In this document: positions 1 to 12,764 of the stretch, piece by piece
Layout: every line of letters starts with the position of its first letter
Numbering within the stretch: position 1 is the first letter of the stretch
From: Felis catus
Taxonomy: Eukaryota
Length of the DNA stretch: 64,000 nt
NCBI RefSeq assembly: GCF_018350175.1
Contig: NC_058368.1
Span: 144,276,001-144,340,000 of the forward strand
Reading direction: 5' to 3'
Notes under the pieces: model-generated
What the model was told of the DNA's origin: nothing
Seen by the model: only the letters and a program-made list of their open reading frames with translations
The model's database searches: none
Made by a program: the position numbers and the translations under genes

Positions 1-35
1 TTCAGTTATATTACTTTAAAAGTTCAGCAGCATAA

Positions 36-243
36 TGGGGGACGCCTGGGTGGCTCAGTCAGTTAAGTGTCCGATCCCAGCTCAGGTCATGATCCCACAG
101 TTCATGGGTTCGAGCCCCGGGTTGCGCTCTGTGCTGACAGCTCAGAACCTGGAGTCTGCTTCGGATTCTGTGTCTACCCTCCCTCACTCACACTCTCATT
201 CTCTTTCAAAATTAAATAAACATTTACAAAAAATTTAAAAAAC
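36..243 (+). mobile_element. Can-SINE (felid SINEC type)
   Basis: gggg..cctgggtggctcag head, A-rich tail, TSD agttcagcagcataa (21-35 / 244-258). Confidence 0.93.
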
Positions 244-487
244 AGTTCAGCAGCATAAGATACTATTATGTTTACTTCAAGAGCTGTGTTAATGGGGAAG
301 TTTTTATTTTCTTTGTATTGCAAATGCTTTCATAAAAACTGGCATATTTCATAAAAATCTTGATATGCATTTATTTTGTGCCTTTACAATAGAAATTTAG
401 CATATTAGAGAAAATATGTCATTTTAGGTATTCTTAAAATTGGATTAAGTGAGGTTTTATTAGATAGGTTAAATTTGGAGGTTCCCA

Positions 488-711
488 GGGTAGCTGGGTG
501 GCTCAGTCGGTTGGGTGTCCGACTTTGGCTTAGGTCATGATGTTGCAGTTTGTGAGTTTGAGCCCACATTGGGCTCTGTGTTGACAGCTTAAAGCCTGGA
601 GCCTGCTTCGGATTCTGTGTCTCCCTCTCTCTCCGCCCCTCCCCGACTCACACTGTGTCTCTGTCTCTCAAAAATAAAGAAACATTAAAAACATTAAAAA
701 AAATTTTTTTT
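488..711 (+). mobile_element. Can-SINE
   Basis: tRNA-derived head, CT-rich body, A-rich tail. Confidence 0.9.
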
Positions 712-1189
712 AAGGTTCCAGTTTGTTTTGAGAGTTTAAATAGCTTTGTCCAGAGCAAAATAGTATAATAGAATAAATAGAATATGAGGGATATTAGTCA
801 TTATGACAGACTCCCAGGTTGGATTCCCAAATTGATGAAATTGTAAAGGAATTGGCATTTTTGTTAATGTTGGAAATGAGTGCTTTTGTGTTTTCAGATG
901 ACTTTTATTAAGATTGGTATGGTCAGAACTTCACATAGTTTTTGAAAATTTAGGAAAGAATGAGAAAATTCACCCCAGGTGAACTGTAACAGCTTTTTCT
1001 TAGAAAACTTCTTATAACAGAATGGTAATGTAGAGTGTTTACTTTTACTAGTGAAAATGAATTTTACAATTATTTTAATGACCTCTAATGGGTAGAGACC
1101 AGAGATGTGGCTGAATATCCTAAAATGGACAGGATATTCCTCTGTAGAAAATACTTATTTAGCCCTAAATTCAACAGTCCAAAAACCAG

Positions 1190-2030
1190 TTAAAGATACC
1201 ATAAAAGAAGAAACTATAGACCAACATGAATATGGACATGAAAATCTTCAAAAAAATACAAGCAAATGGAATCCAGCAAAATAAAGGATTATACATCATG
1301 ACAATGGGATTTATTCTAGGACTATAGGTTTGGTCTAACAAATGGAAAATTAACGTTCTGTACCATGTCAGTATAATAAGAGATAAAAACTACAGGATCA
1401 TCTCAACAGACAATTAAAACTCCCCTTCATGAATAGAAACATCCAACAAACTAGAACTAGAAAGGAACTTCCTCAAGCTGAATGAAAAGCTCAGAACCTC
1501 ATATCATACTTAACGGGAGAAAGAATGAATGCTAACTCCCACCCCGCCCCAAGAACAGGAATAGGAAGAAGCAGTGTTTTCTCACTTTTATTGAGTATTG
1601 TCCTAGAAAGTGTAGCCATGGCAATTAGGCAAGAAAATGAAATAAAAGGCATCCAAATTGTACAGGAAGAAGTAAAACTGCTTATTGCAGTTAACCTGAA
1701 ATTCTGTATAGAAATCCTAAAGAATCCACAAAAAATATTAAAGCGTATAAAATGAGTTCATGAGGTTGCAGGATATGAGATCAATATACCCAAATTAACT
1801 GTATACCTGTATAACTGTATATCTGTAACCTTGCAATGAAGAATCTAAAAATGAAATAATTTCATTTATAATAGCATAAAAAAAGAATAAAATAATGCAT
1901 TTAACAAATGCATTATGAAATTACATAATGATGATGGTTGCACAATCTAACTGTTAATATACTTAAAAACCATTGAATTGCATACTCCAAATAAATGGTG
2001 TGGTATGTGAATTATATCTCCGTGTAACAC
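1190..2030 (+). mobile_element. Old L1 fragment (ORF2 RT region joined to a 3' end)
   Basis: degenerate ORF2-like peptide SIVLESVAMAIRQENEIKGIQIVQEEVKL; L1M-like 3' end gatggttgcacaa...gtatgtgaattatatctc. Confidence 0.8.
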
Positions 2031-2718
2031 ATATACACATATATATTTAAATGTTATTAGTACCAAAATTGGGAAATCCTTGTCTGCGTCTATTTTACTC
2101 CCACTCCTAAAGGAGTACTCTTCTGAGGCTTCCACCCAGTGCCCCAGGTATTTTGAGGTATTTCCACCCGGGTTGGTCAGAGAGCAAACTATTGTAAGCC
2201 CTGTGTAAACCCTGGTCAATGTTTGACCTAGTGTTTTCTTGTGGTTCTTTCCTTGACCTCATGGAGGTCCCCCCACACATTTAAGGATGAGTACTTGGGC
2301 AGAGACCTGAGCGGACCCTTTTGCAGATCTTAGGAGCTCTTTCTGTGCGCATCTCTGTCATCTCTGGCTTTCTGTCTTACAAATTCTAGTTCTCTTGTTC
2401 TCTGCAAAAAGTCACTCATCATGTTTACCTCATTTGTTTTTCTTGTCTCTGGGATCACGGTTCTGTGCTGTCTGATGTCTAATAGCTGAAAACAGTCTTT
2501 TAAAACTATAAAATTGTCCAGTTTTTTAATTGTTTAAGGTTAAAGGATAATTCTCATGCATTTAATCTTTTTGAATGAAAGCAAAAGTCAGGTGCCATTA
2601 TTGAACATCACACATTAACGACAGAAGAGGGAGATGTGTGAAATTGCACAGCTATCCTAAATGATTCCTCTGTTCTAAAACTTCCAGAAAAATGATTTCA
2701 CTTAAAAAATAAAAATAG

Positions 2719-2928
2719 TGGCATGCTGGGTGGCTCAATCAGTTAAGTGTCCGATTTCGGCTCAGGTCATGATCTCACGGTTCATGAGTTCGAACCCCTT
2801 GTTGGGCTCTGCACTGACAGCTGAGAGCCTGGAGCCTGCTTCAGATTCTGTGTCTCCCTCTCTCTCTGTCCCTCCCCCGCTCGTGCTCGGACTCTCTCAA
2901 AAATAAACAAACATTAAAAAGATAACCA
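2719..2928 (+). mobile_element. Can-SINE
   Basis: SINE body; TSD acttaaaaa(a/t)taaaaatag. Confidence 0.9.
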
Positions 2929-3354
2929 ACTTAAAAATTAAAAATAGAAAAAGAACCAAATTCAAATCTTAAACAAAATGTTTATAAGAAGAAACAGAAT
3001 AAAGAGCCACATAGCATCCTTACAGAAAATGAATGTGTGCCAGAAAGATGCCCACAAATGAAATAAAAACTATAACCTGCTACTTCAAAATACAGTGATA
3101 CTAGCTAGTAGGTAAGAAAATGATACTAGATGTGAAAGAACAAATGAGAAATAGGAAAGCTTTGAAATGAGATGATAGGATTTAAGAATGATCTGTGTAT
3201 TAAAGAATAAGATCAATTTAGGAGTGAAGAGTAAACTAGAAGGAACACTAAAGTGAATAAACATAACACATTTACTTGAAGAGAAATAGAACTTGAAAAG
3301 AGAGATGTGCACATAATGGTTAACATAGCAGACCTGATGAGACAACTTGGAAGA

Positions 3355-3810
3355 CCTACTTGTGAGCTTGACCCTTAACTGGCATCTGGGAAATTTTCCA
3401 GCGTTCTCTGATATGAATGGCTCACTCTCCCTAAACTGTGAAAAGAACTTGGTTTATGCTAACTACTTGCTTGTTTCTGGGAGCTGGAATTTTGGTACAT
3501 GTAAGGGAAAAGATGCCTATGTGACCAGCTTCCAGTGTAAACCCCAGGTGCTGAGTCTCTAATGTGCTTCTCTGGTGGCCATTTCACACATATCATCATA
3601 ACTCAGTGCTGGGGAAATTAAACACATCCTGTGTGACTCCACCAGGAGAAGACTTTTGGAAGCTTGCCCTTAGTTTCCTCCAGACTTTGTCTTATGTGTC
3701 TTTAACTTTTTTTAATTTTGCTTTGTGTCCTTTCACTGTTATTATTAATAGCTGTGAATATGGCTATATTCAGTGTCCTGTGTATTATCCTAAAGAATCA
3801 CTTGGGGCCC
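3355..3810 (+). mobile_element. ERV LTR, MER21-like
   Basis: ctgagtctctaatgtgcttctctggt...gtgtgactccaccaggagaagacttttggaagcttg resembles the MER21 consensus as recalled. Confidence 0.7.
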
Positions 3811-5128
3811 TTTTATATACCTTTCTTATTATTTTCCTCTCTAATGTACTTGGCATCTTTTAGGAATGTAAAGATATTCATTTTGTTAATTACAAATCAA
3901 CTTGAAGTGATTCTACAATAAAACTGAAGTTTTATAATAAATAAGTTAATGAAAAGATTAGACACGGTGAATGTATGAACTATGAAAACTATACATAGAG
4001 AACTATTTTCCACTATTCCACCATTTTATAGGTAATGGTAGGGGTTGGTTGTTTTTGTTTGTTTGTTTCAAGTTTCAAATTATATTTGAATAGGATCTTT
4101 GTAAGGGATTGGGCTTTGAGATAATATGTGTACCTTTAACTTCCTCTAAATCAGAAAGATTGGTTTTCATTTTTTAAAAAAACTGGGGTAGGGGTGACAC
4201 AGAATCTTAAATTACTCTGGCAAATTTTCAGCAAGGACATTTTCCTCTCATTATAAAACTTAAGGGGGAAAGAAGCATCCTTTGTTTTTTTTGTTGTCTG
4301 AAATATTAATGAAGTATTTTCCCATGTTACTTACCTGGATTTTTATCCAGGTTCACACAACATGAATTCTAGCCAGGCATTGTTGATGGGGTTCATTTCA
4401 AAGCACATAAAATTTGACTTTTTCCAAAAGGATAAATAATTTAGAATTGCTTGATTATTTCATATCGATGATCCTATCAATGATCGATGTTGAATTCCTA
4501 AGGATGCTGGCAGATAAAACCCTGAGTTCAAAAATATATATAATTCTAGTGGAAATAGGCACTGACAGGAGGAAATTTCTTTTGTATTTGGAAAGAAGAG
4601 CCCACCTCCAAAATACATTATCAAACAAACATATGGGAAACCCAAAAGCCTATTAGGTTTTTATGTTGCTTAGTAATTACTGTTTCATAGGAATCATTCT
4701 AATTTAATATTGCCCAGTGGTTGATCTCTTTTATTAGAATAAATACAGACGTCAGTTTCAAATAAACTCCTTGCTTCTCACTGTGTCTACTTTGAAATTT
4801 AGGGGACTTGTTCAATAAGGGAAAAAAACTAAAGCAGAACAAAAAACTGTATGCACAACTCATTAATACTGCCAATTAATAAAAGAACATATACTGTTTC
4901 TCTAAAGGTCTGGTTTTGTGAGCTAAATTAAGTTGCTTTGGTTGTTCAGTTTATTGGGTTCATTTTGGTATTATGAGTATCCAGTAATTATATCCAGTAA
5001 AAATATAGGTGAAGACTCTAAGCCTCCTCCCCCCAGTGCTCTTTGTACTAGGCTGTGGGTTAGTCCAAACCCAATTCTCTCATGCATATAGATACTTTTT
5101 AGCAATAGGGCACAAAAGCAGTCCTGTA

Positions 5129-5342
5129 GGGGCGCCTGGGTGGCTCAGTCAGTTAAGCGTCTGACTCTTGGTTTCACCTCAGGTCATGATCTCATGGTTC
5201 AGGAAGATTGGGCCCCATGTTAGGCTCCATGCTGAGCATGGAGCCTGCTTGGGATTCTCTCTCTCCCACTCTCTCTGCCCCTCCCCTGCTTACTGTCTCT
5301 CTCCCTCAAAATAAATCAGTAAACATTAAAAAAAAATTTTTT
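5129..5342 (+). mobile_element. Can-SINE
   Basis: ggggcgcctgggtggctcag head, A-rich tail. Confidence 0.92.
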
Positions 5343-6680
5343 AAGCCCTGTAAACTCCTCTGTGAGCTCCATGAAATTCTTTTTTTTTTTTTTTTTAAAG
5401 GTTCTGACAGTGCCTTGCTTCAGAGGTTCATTGGAGGCATAGTAGGAGTAGGATTTCACTTTTAGTTGGAGTTAGGTGACAAAACTCTCAACTAATTGGT
5501 GGAACAGGGATTCTTTCAGAATCCTAAACCTAAGACTTCATTCTTCAGGGTATGGACTGTTGAGTTTACTAGTTCTTGTTGAGGGTGAAGCTAGCTGAAC
5601 AGTGTTTCTGGACAGTCCACGGATCTTAAATGTCACTTATTTATCTTACAGCTCTGGTGTTCATGGGCGATGAAGACAGCTAGCTGAGATGTTTTAGAAA
5701 AGGCTGGTGGATTATGGGTTCTTGATTAGTCTGTCTTTCAAACCAGATGAGCATCCCTGTAGAGTCTGTATTTGATGGAGGTACTCAAGTGTTAATCACT
5801 TCTAGTTAATCAACTTGTCAGGAACAGGGGAAGGAAATGACTTCTGTCCAAACACATTTGAACTGGCTAGATATTAACTCAAGTTCAGGCTATCAACTCT
5901 TCCAACTTGGATCTTTGACCATGGAGGTGTGTGAACACCTGTCAGCTACCCAGTAAATCACTGCCTAATTGTTTGTTTCTGAAAATAATGTTTTACATTT
6001 TATTATTGTCTCTGGGTGTTTTATGGACCTTTGTGAGCTTTATTCAAAGGAAACCAACCAACCAAGCCAAACTGGTTTTCCCGTAAGAAAATGGCAGACA
6101 TTTGTTGAACATCTGTGTTCTGCTAGGCTCAGCAGGTGCTGCAAAATGTATGACATAAATAACTCTTGCCTTCAAGGAACTTAGATCTATTAATGAGGGT
6201 AGCAGAAGAACATGTAATTGCTGTAATACAAAGCAAATTAAGTTAAGTGCTCTAAGAAGGGGTGAAAGAGCTACACACACTTGCTGTCAATCAGTGTTAG
6301 AGTTTCTTCCTTCTAAAAATCATTAACAGGTTTTCCCAGAAGGTATGTCAAACCTGTCAGAGAAATCATGCTGCTAAAGGACAGTTCTTACTAGGCAGTA
6401 TTCCTAATAAGCAGTAAGGTATTTCTTTTTTCTGGAGCTTTAGTTGGGAGAGTCATCTACAAGTGAAGGCATCTCTCTGAGCACAGGCTCTAATTTTAGG
6501 TTCTAGACTCCTGGACGGAACCTTCTTTCCATAACTGGCTTGGGAACCTGGGTTGTATTTAAATCTTATCACAGCCATGAGAGGTACAGTAGGTTTATAA
6601 TGCAAACACTCATGCTTTTCCTCCACATAGTTAAGTGACTTGCCATTTTTTCTTGCCTTTAAGAATAAGCTGTAAAATCT

Positions 6681-7441
6681 GGAGTACTGATGCATAGGGG
6701 CACTTGCACCCCAATGTTTATAGCGGCACTCTCAAGTCAGAGTGGCTAAAATGAACCAATCAGGAGAGTATAGATGCTGGAGAGGATGTGGAGAAACGGG
6801 AACCCTCTTGCACTGTTGGTGGGAATGCAAATTGGTGCAGCCGCTCTGTAAAAACAGTGTGGAGGTTCCTCAAAAAATTAAAAATAGACCTACCCTATGA
6901 CCCAGCAGTAGCACTGCTAGGAATTTACCCAAGGGATACAGGAGTACTGATGCATAGGGGCACTTGTACCCCAATGTTTATAGCAGCACTCTCAACAATA
7001 GCCAAATTATGGAAAGAGCCTAAATGTCCATCAACTGGTGAATGGATAAAGAAATTGTGGTTTATATACACAATGGAGTACTACGTGGCAATGAGAAAGA
7101 ATGAAATAAGGCCCTTTGTAGCAACGTGGATGGAACTGGAGAGTGTTCTGTTATGTGAAATAAGCCATACAGAGAAAGAAAGATACCATGTGTTTTCACT
7201 CTTATGTGGGTCCTGAGAAACTTAACAGAAACCCATGGGGGAGGGGAAGGAAAAAAAAAAGAGATTAGAGTGGGAGAGAGCCAAAGCATAAGAGACTCTT
7301 AAAAACTGAGAACAAACTGAGGGTTGATGGGAGGTGGGAGGGAGGGGAGGGTGGGTGATGGGTATTGAGAAGGGCACCTTTTGGGATGAGCACTGGGTGT
7401 TGTATGGAAACCAATTTGACAATAAATTTCATATTGAAAAA
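6681..7441 (+). mobile_element. Young 5'-truncated felid L1 (ORF2 C-terminus + 3'UTR)
   Basis: ORF 6788-7216 reads as L1 ORF2 C-terminus ([14 protein letters not shown]...CTPMFIAALSTIAKLWKEPKCPS); aataaa + A tail; TSD aagaataagctgtaaaatct(g) at 6661-6681 / 7442-7462. Confidence 0.95.
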
Positions 7442-7596
7442 AAGAATAAGCTGTAAAATCTGTAAGTGCTGTTGATAGAAACATAAAGGAATTGAATTAC
7501 TGTATTAGGAATGAATTGATTAATATACTTTTTAACATGAAAGACTGCTAAGGACAAAATTGGAATTGTGCATACACTGTTAATCATCACAGCTCA

Positions 7597-7798
7597 GGGC
7601 GCCTGGGTGGCTCAGTCGGTTAAGCATCCAGTTCTTGATTTTGTCTCAGGTCATGATCTCACAGTTCATGAGATTGAGCCACATGTTGGGCTCCATGTTG
7701 GGTGCGGAGCCTGCTTGGGATTATTTTCTCTTCCTCTTCTGCCCCTCCCCTGCTTGTGCACACTGTCTCAAAATTAATAAATAAACATTAAAAAAAAA
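7597..7798 (+). mobile_element. Can-SINE
   Basis: TSD atcatcaca(g/a)ctca. Confidence 0.9.
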
Positions 7799-8413
7799 TC
7801 ATCACAACTCAATACTCAAGTCTATTTGCAAGTTAATTGAACTTTAAGCTCATTTGGGATAGTTGTACAGACATAAGGAAAATGTTAATTCTTTGAGCTT
7901 AAGGAAGTAATTTTTGCCACTTGGTTTTATACTCCACTAAAACATTAGTCCTATTAATTTGTGTTGTTAATTACAGAGTATATAACATTTGTTGCACCTA
8001 TCAGAATGTTGATTAAAAGCTGTTAAAGGGTTTATCAAGATGACCTCATGTTAAAGAATAAGAGATGTTTTTAAATACTTGCGCAAATTTTTCTAACTAA
8101 TTTCATAGCTTTTCCTGAAGATACCACCACATGCTCTGCTGATGATAAAAGACTGTGTTTGGTTTTATTCCTGGAAATGTAAAAAAGAGATGTTAGTACC
8201 ATTTATTTCCCTGTGCTTGTTTATGGTGTGAGACAACTATCCTTTTGCATCAGTCTGTTTAATGGCACCAGCATCAATGAAAGACAATATCCCAAAGAAT
8301 ACTTGTTTGCTGCTTTTGATTTGATTTTCTGTCAAAGAGCTCATTTTTGTCATAATGGTATTGGAATTATCTTTAGTGCCTAAATTAGTTTTTCAAATTC
8401 CTTTATGCACTTG

Positions 8414-8479
8414 TATCATGGCTCATGTTTCATTCTTTTACAGGAATATCATGGCTCATGTTTCATTCTTTTACAGGAA
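8414..8479 (+). repeat. Perfect 33-bp tandem duplication spanning the exon-11 splice acceptor
   Basis: tatcatggctcatgtttcattcttttacaggaa at 8414-8446 and 8447-8479. Confidence 0.97.
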
Positions 8480-8561
8480 TTTTAAGCAGTTGTCTGGTGA
8501 AATGGAATTCATGACAATTAATGGAACAACATTAAGGAATCTTGAAATCATACAGAATCAG
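8477..8561 (+). CDS. MSH3: MSH3 internal coding exon (equivalent to human exon 11), 85 nt
   Basis: tttttacAG|G AAT TTT AAG...CAG AAT CAG|GTcagg; encodes [28 protein letters not shown], recognisable MSH3 sequence; an alternative start at 8444 is possible (duplicated acceptor). Confidence 0.95.
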
Positions 8562-9237
8562 GTCAGGTAAACATAAAGGGTAACTGATTCAAAATCCTTT
8601 TGAAAAAAAAAACTTGGAATAAAGTAGCAGTCTGTTCTTAAGAGTACAGGTGAGAACAAGAATATTATGTTCAACTGATTACTCTGCCTGTACTCTTTAG
8701 TAGTTGATAACTGAAGCATCCATTTTTTTGAGAATCAGATATATGAACTATTTCCCTAGGGGTTACTTTGAGAGCTATAGAACTTCTTTTTTACTTATTG
8801 AAGTGACATGCCCATCCTGATAATTTGTGTATCATACATTTCTTTGGAAAGACATCATCTTTGGAAATTAATATAAAGTGGATATTTTGTCTCCTTGATT
8901 ATATCTTTTCTATATACCTTAATTTTTCATTGCAATGTTTTGTCTTATTCAGCATTTGAAACAAAGTTAATGTGATACTCACTTATATTGTAAGATGCAT
9001 AAATTTCATTTCACAAGCTTCTGTCATCATTTGCCCTTTATTGATGAATTATGAAGATAATGGAGACATTAAATTGATTATTTTAATTTATTGAATTACA
9101 ACTTAGAAATAAGATATTATATAATGTTAACATAAAGTCACAGAAATAAAAAGCAATTCCAAATCATTTGATAAGTAGTTGCAAAGCTGAATCGTCTGAG
9201 TTAAATGGTTTAAAGCTCTTCAGAAATATTTATTACT

Positions 9238-9434
9238 GGGGCACCTGGGTGGCTCTGTTGGTTGAGCACTCAACTCTTGGTATCGGCTCAGGTTATGATC
9301 TCATGGTTCATTAGTTCAAGCTCCAAGTTGGGTTCTGAGCTGACAGCACAGAATCTGCTGGGGATTCTCTCTCTCCCTCTCTCTCCTGCCCCTCCTCTGC
9401 TGTCTCTCTCTCTCAAAATAAATGAATAAACATT
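9238..9434 (+). mobile_element. Can-SINE
   Basis: TSD agaaatatttattact / agaaatgtttcttact. Confidence 0.9.
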
Positions 9435-10950
9435 AGAAATGTTTCTTACTATTGTGAATTAAAGTAAATGCTGAATTTATTCTCCTGACTCCTAGATTTA
9501 TGTATTACTAACTAGTTTCTCTTGTTTAGTTTCTTCATCTTCTAAGGTATCCTTGTATACTAGTCAGTCTTACTTTCATACTGTAACATTTGTATCTTGT
9601 CATTACATTATCCAGAAATTGAGAATTATTCCTGCAAATTTTTTTCATCTACTCTGTATATATTCTCATGATAGCAAATGAGCAGAAGGAAGAAAAGGAC
9701 ATTTCTTGGATGAAGAAGAGCTCAGAGTCAGAGTATTCAGCTGAATACTTTGTTCCAGCCCTGGCATTCCAAACTTTCTTTATTCTGCCACATCCTTCCT
9801 ATTCAAATTCTACTGTTGTGGAGTCAGTTTTGAAATTAAATTCCTAAGGGAAAAATCACTTACCATTAAGTTACCCTTATCAGGACTTGGGCCATTATGG
9901 AAACAGAGGCTAAGAATTCACATCTTCACCTTGTCTTTGCACTTGACTTTGGCCTCCATTACCATGGAGGTAATGAAGCGGGTAATGAGGAGGGGGCTGG
10001 GTATCAGGGAGAGCAAACGAGTAATAGAACTGTTTATCTCCCACCCCTCCCTCTCTTGTCTGAGAGGGTTCTTCAGTGATGCAATAAATACTTGGAAAGT
10101 TATTCTTGTCCGCTTTCCTCTTCCTGGGACCCTTTACTGTACTCAGGCCATTGGGGCTGTTGTTTCAGAAGGAATGGTGCTGTTGTTGATGTGGATTGCC
10201 CTGGTTAGTCAGCTCTGTCTGTCCAACTCATTCTCAGGCAGGCCTTCTGTGACCTATGGCTTTTGTGTGTGCTTTGTTTTAAACTCCTAAGGCCTGGCCG
10301 CTTTTGTCATCCCTTTTGTAGTTAATTTCTGCCAGGTGCCATCATGTGTTAATTATGAGTCATTTCTCCCATACTTGGAAAGAAGTACTCTAAGGGAGGG
10401 ACTGTATCTTAATACACCTTTGCTGGCCATACAACTGAGTACATAAGAGGTATTCTGTAAGTACCTGCTTGATGATTTGAAGAAAAAGGAAAAAGTTACA
10501 AAAAACGTAGGTGAAAACTGCAATCTTATGTTCCAAATGAGTCTACTGTTAATAGACTTTTTGAAATACCATGTAACCTTGGTTAAAATTAACTATCATC
10601 TCTAGTTAACTGTAAATTGTTTTTTTAGTGGTTCAACTTTCAAGTAGCAAAGCATAGATAGATAATTTTTTACTAAGGATTTAATAGAGCAGACTAAAAT
10701 AAAATCCTTCCAGGGCGAATTCCTAGAGTGCAGTGCATTTTCACTTCCATCTCCAGTACCTTCTGCTTGTTCGGTGTTTTCATGAGAGTGTCAGTCCTTA
10801 GAATGAGAACTCTGAGGTGGTGGAAGATACTGAATTGCTGAAGGAAATTAAATTATCTTCACTGTACTTACCAAGGGAGAAAAGTATGTATTTTTAAGAA
10901 GCTTAGGACAAGCCTGTATTTTAAAAGATTTCTACGTTAAAAAAGGGAGA

Positions 10951-11128
10951 GGGGTGGCGCCTGGGTGGCTCAGTCAACAGGTTAAGTGTCTAACTTTGGC
11001 TCAGGTCATGATCTCACGTTTTGTGAGTTTGTGCCCACTTTGGGCTCCCTGAGCCTGCCTCAGATCCTCTGTCCCCCTCTCTCTCTGCCCCTCCCCCACC
11101 TCTTTCTATCAAACATAATCATTAAAAA
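10951..11128 (+). mobile_element. Can-SINE (internally deleted)
   Basis: SINE head, CT tract, short A tail. Confidence 0.85.
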
Positions 11129-11310
11129 GAATATTTCTGAATATTTTTAGTTAACAAAACTACACAGACTGTCCCTTTTTTGTGAAGATATCAATACTTT
11201 ATATAGTGCATGTGTGTTTATATGTACATGCATTCGTCAAACATTAAACACCTGTTATGAGCTGTACTTTATGATAGGCATGTGTAACATTTAAAATTGA
11301 GGTATATGGA

Positions 11311-11514
11311 GGGGTGCCTGGGTGGCTCAGTTGGTTAAGCATCCGACTTGGGCTCAGGTCGTGATCTCATGGTTCGTGAGTTGAGCCCTGCGTTGGGCTC
11401 TGTGCTAGAAGCTCAGAGCCTGGACCCTGCTTCGGACTCCGTGTCTCCCTCTCTCTCTCTGCCCCTCCCCCACTCATGCTCTGTCTATCCGAAATGAATA
11501 AATCTTAAAAAAAA
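11311..11514 (+). mobile_element. Can-SINE
   Basis: TSD ttaaaattg(a/g)ggtatatgga. Confidence 0.92.
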
Positions 11515-11617
11515 TTAAAATTGGGGTATATGGAATAATTAAGGCACATGAACAATTAGCAGTTTTGGTATAAATACAATGTCTAGTTAATAAAACTTTT
11601 CTTCTGGTCTTTCTTAG

Positions 11618-11728
<111 letters not shown>

Positions 11729-11841
11729 TAAAGGGGATTCTTTTTTGTGTGTTTAATCTGAAATTGTATAAAGTTGTGAAATTAAGTGTGTCTTAGCTTC
11801 CTTAAAACCAAAGTTACCATGGCTTAAAGAACAGAATTTTA

Positions 11842-11960
11842 GGGGTGCCTGGCTGGCTCAGTCAGAGGAGCATGCGATGCTTGATCTCAGGGTCATGAGT
11901 TCAAACCCTATGTTGGATGTAGAGATTACTAAAAAAAAATAAATAAACTTAAAAAAAAAA
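11842..11960 (+). mobile_element. Short Can-SINE subtype (no CT tract)
   Basis: ggggtgcctggctggctcagtc...gtagagattactaaaaaa; TSD aaagaacagaatttta. Confidence 0.85.
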
Positions 11961-11966
11961 GAACAG

Positions 11967-12164
11967 GAGAACCTGGGTGGCTCAGTTGGTTAAGCGTCCG
12001 ACTTGGGTTCAGGTCCTGACCTCACAGTTTGTGAGAATGAGTCCTGTGTCAGGCTCTACATTGACAGCTCAGAGCCTGGAGCCTGCTTCAGATTCTGTGT
12101 CTCCCCCCTCTCTCTGCCCCTCCCCTGCTCATGCTCTGTCTCTGTCTCAATAATAAATGATGTT
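11967..12164 (+). mobile_element. Can-SINE inserted in the tail/TSD of the previous SINE
   Basis: TSD ttaaaaaaaaaagaacag at 11949-11966 / 12163-12180. Confidence 0.9.
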
Positions 12165-12764
12165 AAAAAAAAAAGAACAGAATTTTAAATTGAGGAAGAT
12201 TTTATTTTGTATCTGGCCATATGCTGTCTAATATTGTGAGAGGATCTGTTCCTTGTCCCAAGAATGAGTCTGCTTACAGGGCGCGTCAAAGGAAAGTGGG
12301 TTACCCAGTTAATATGGGTCATCAGTAGTATAAGAGAGTTGGGAGGATGGGGCTGAAGAGATGGGGCACTGCCTTTCATAGAAGGCTTTGAAGGCTAGAT
12401 AGAGTTGGTAGCCAGGGGAAGTTAATCCAGTGATTCTGAGCATGGGATGATAGGATCAGATCTGGGCTTGTTTTGTCCTTAGCAGTCTTTCATGTTAAAA
12501 AGTATATTAATCAATGCATTCCTAATACAGTAATTCAATTTCCCTTATGTTTCTATCAACAGCACTTACAGATTTTAAGTGGGGGAGGGAACAAACTTGT
12601 GGTGAGATAAATTGGCAAGTTCACAGGAAGGTTCTGAGGGACCTGAGCTAACGCAGGAACAGTAGGGAATCTGAAAGAGGAGCCAGGTGTGACACATTTG
12701 GGAAAGTAAATGAGTAAACTAGGAGCCCCTTCAAGGAAGGTCGCTGAATCTGATGCTTAAAACA

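Noticed and set aside
36..243. tRNA genes at SINE heads
   Set aside because: The A/B-box similarity comes from the tRNA-derived Can-SINE head. There is no complete cloverleaf.
4334..4353. Hairpin acctggat-tttt-atccaggt
   Set aside because: An isolated 8-bp stem is plausible by chance in 64 kb.
6788..7216. 142-aa ORF as a host gene
   Set aside because: It is the L1 ORF2 C-terminus within a TSD-bounded truncated insertion.
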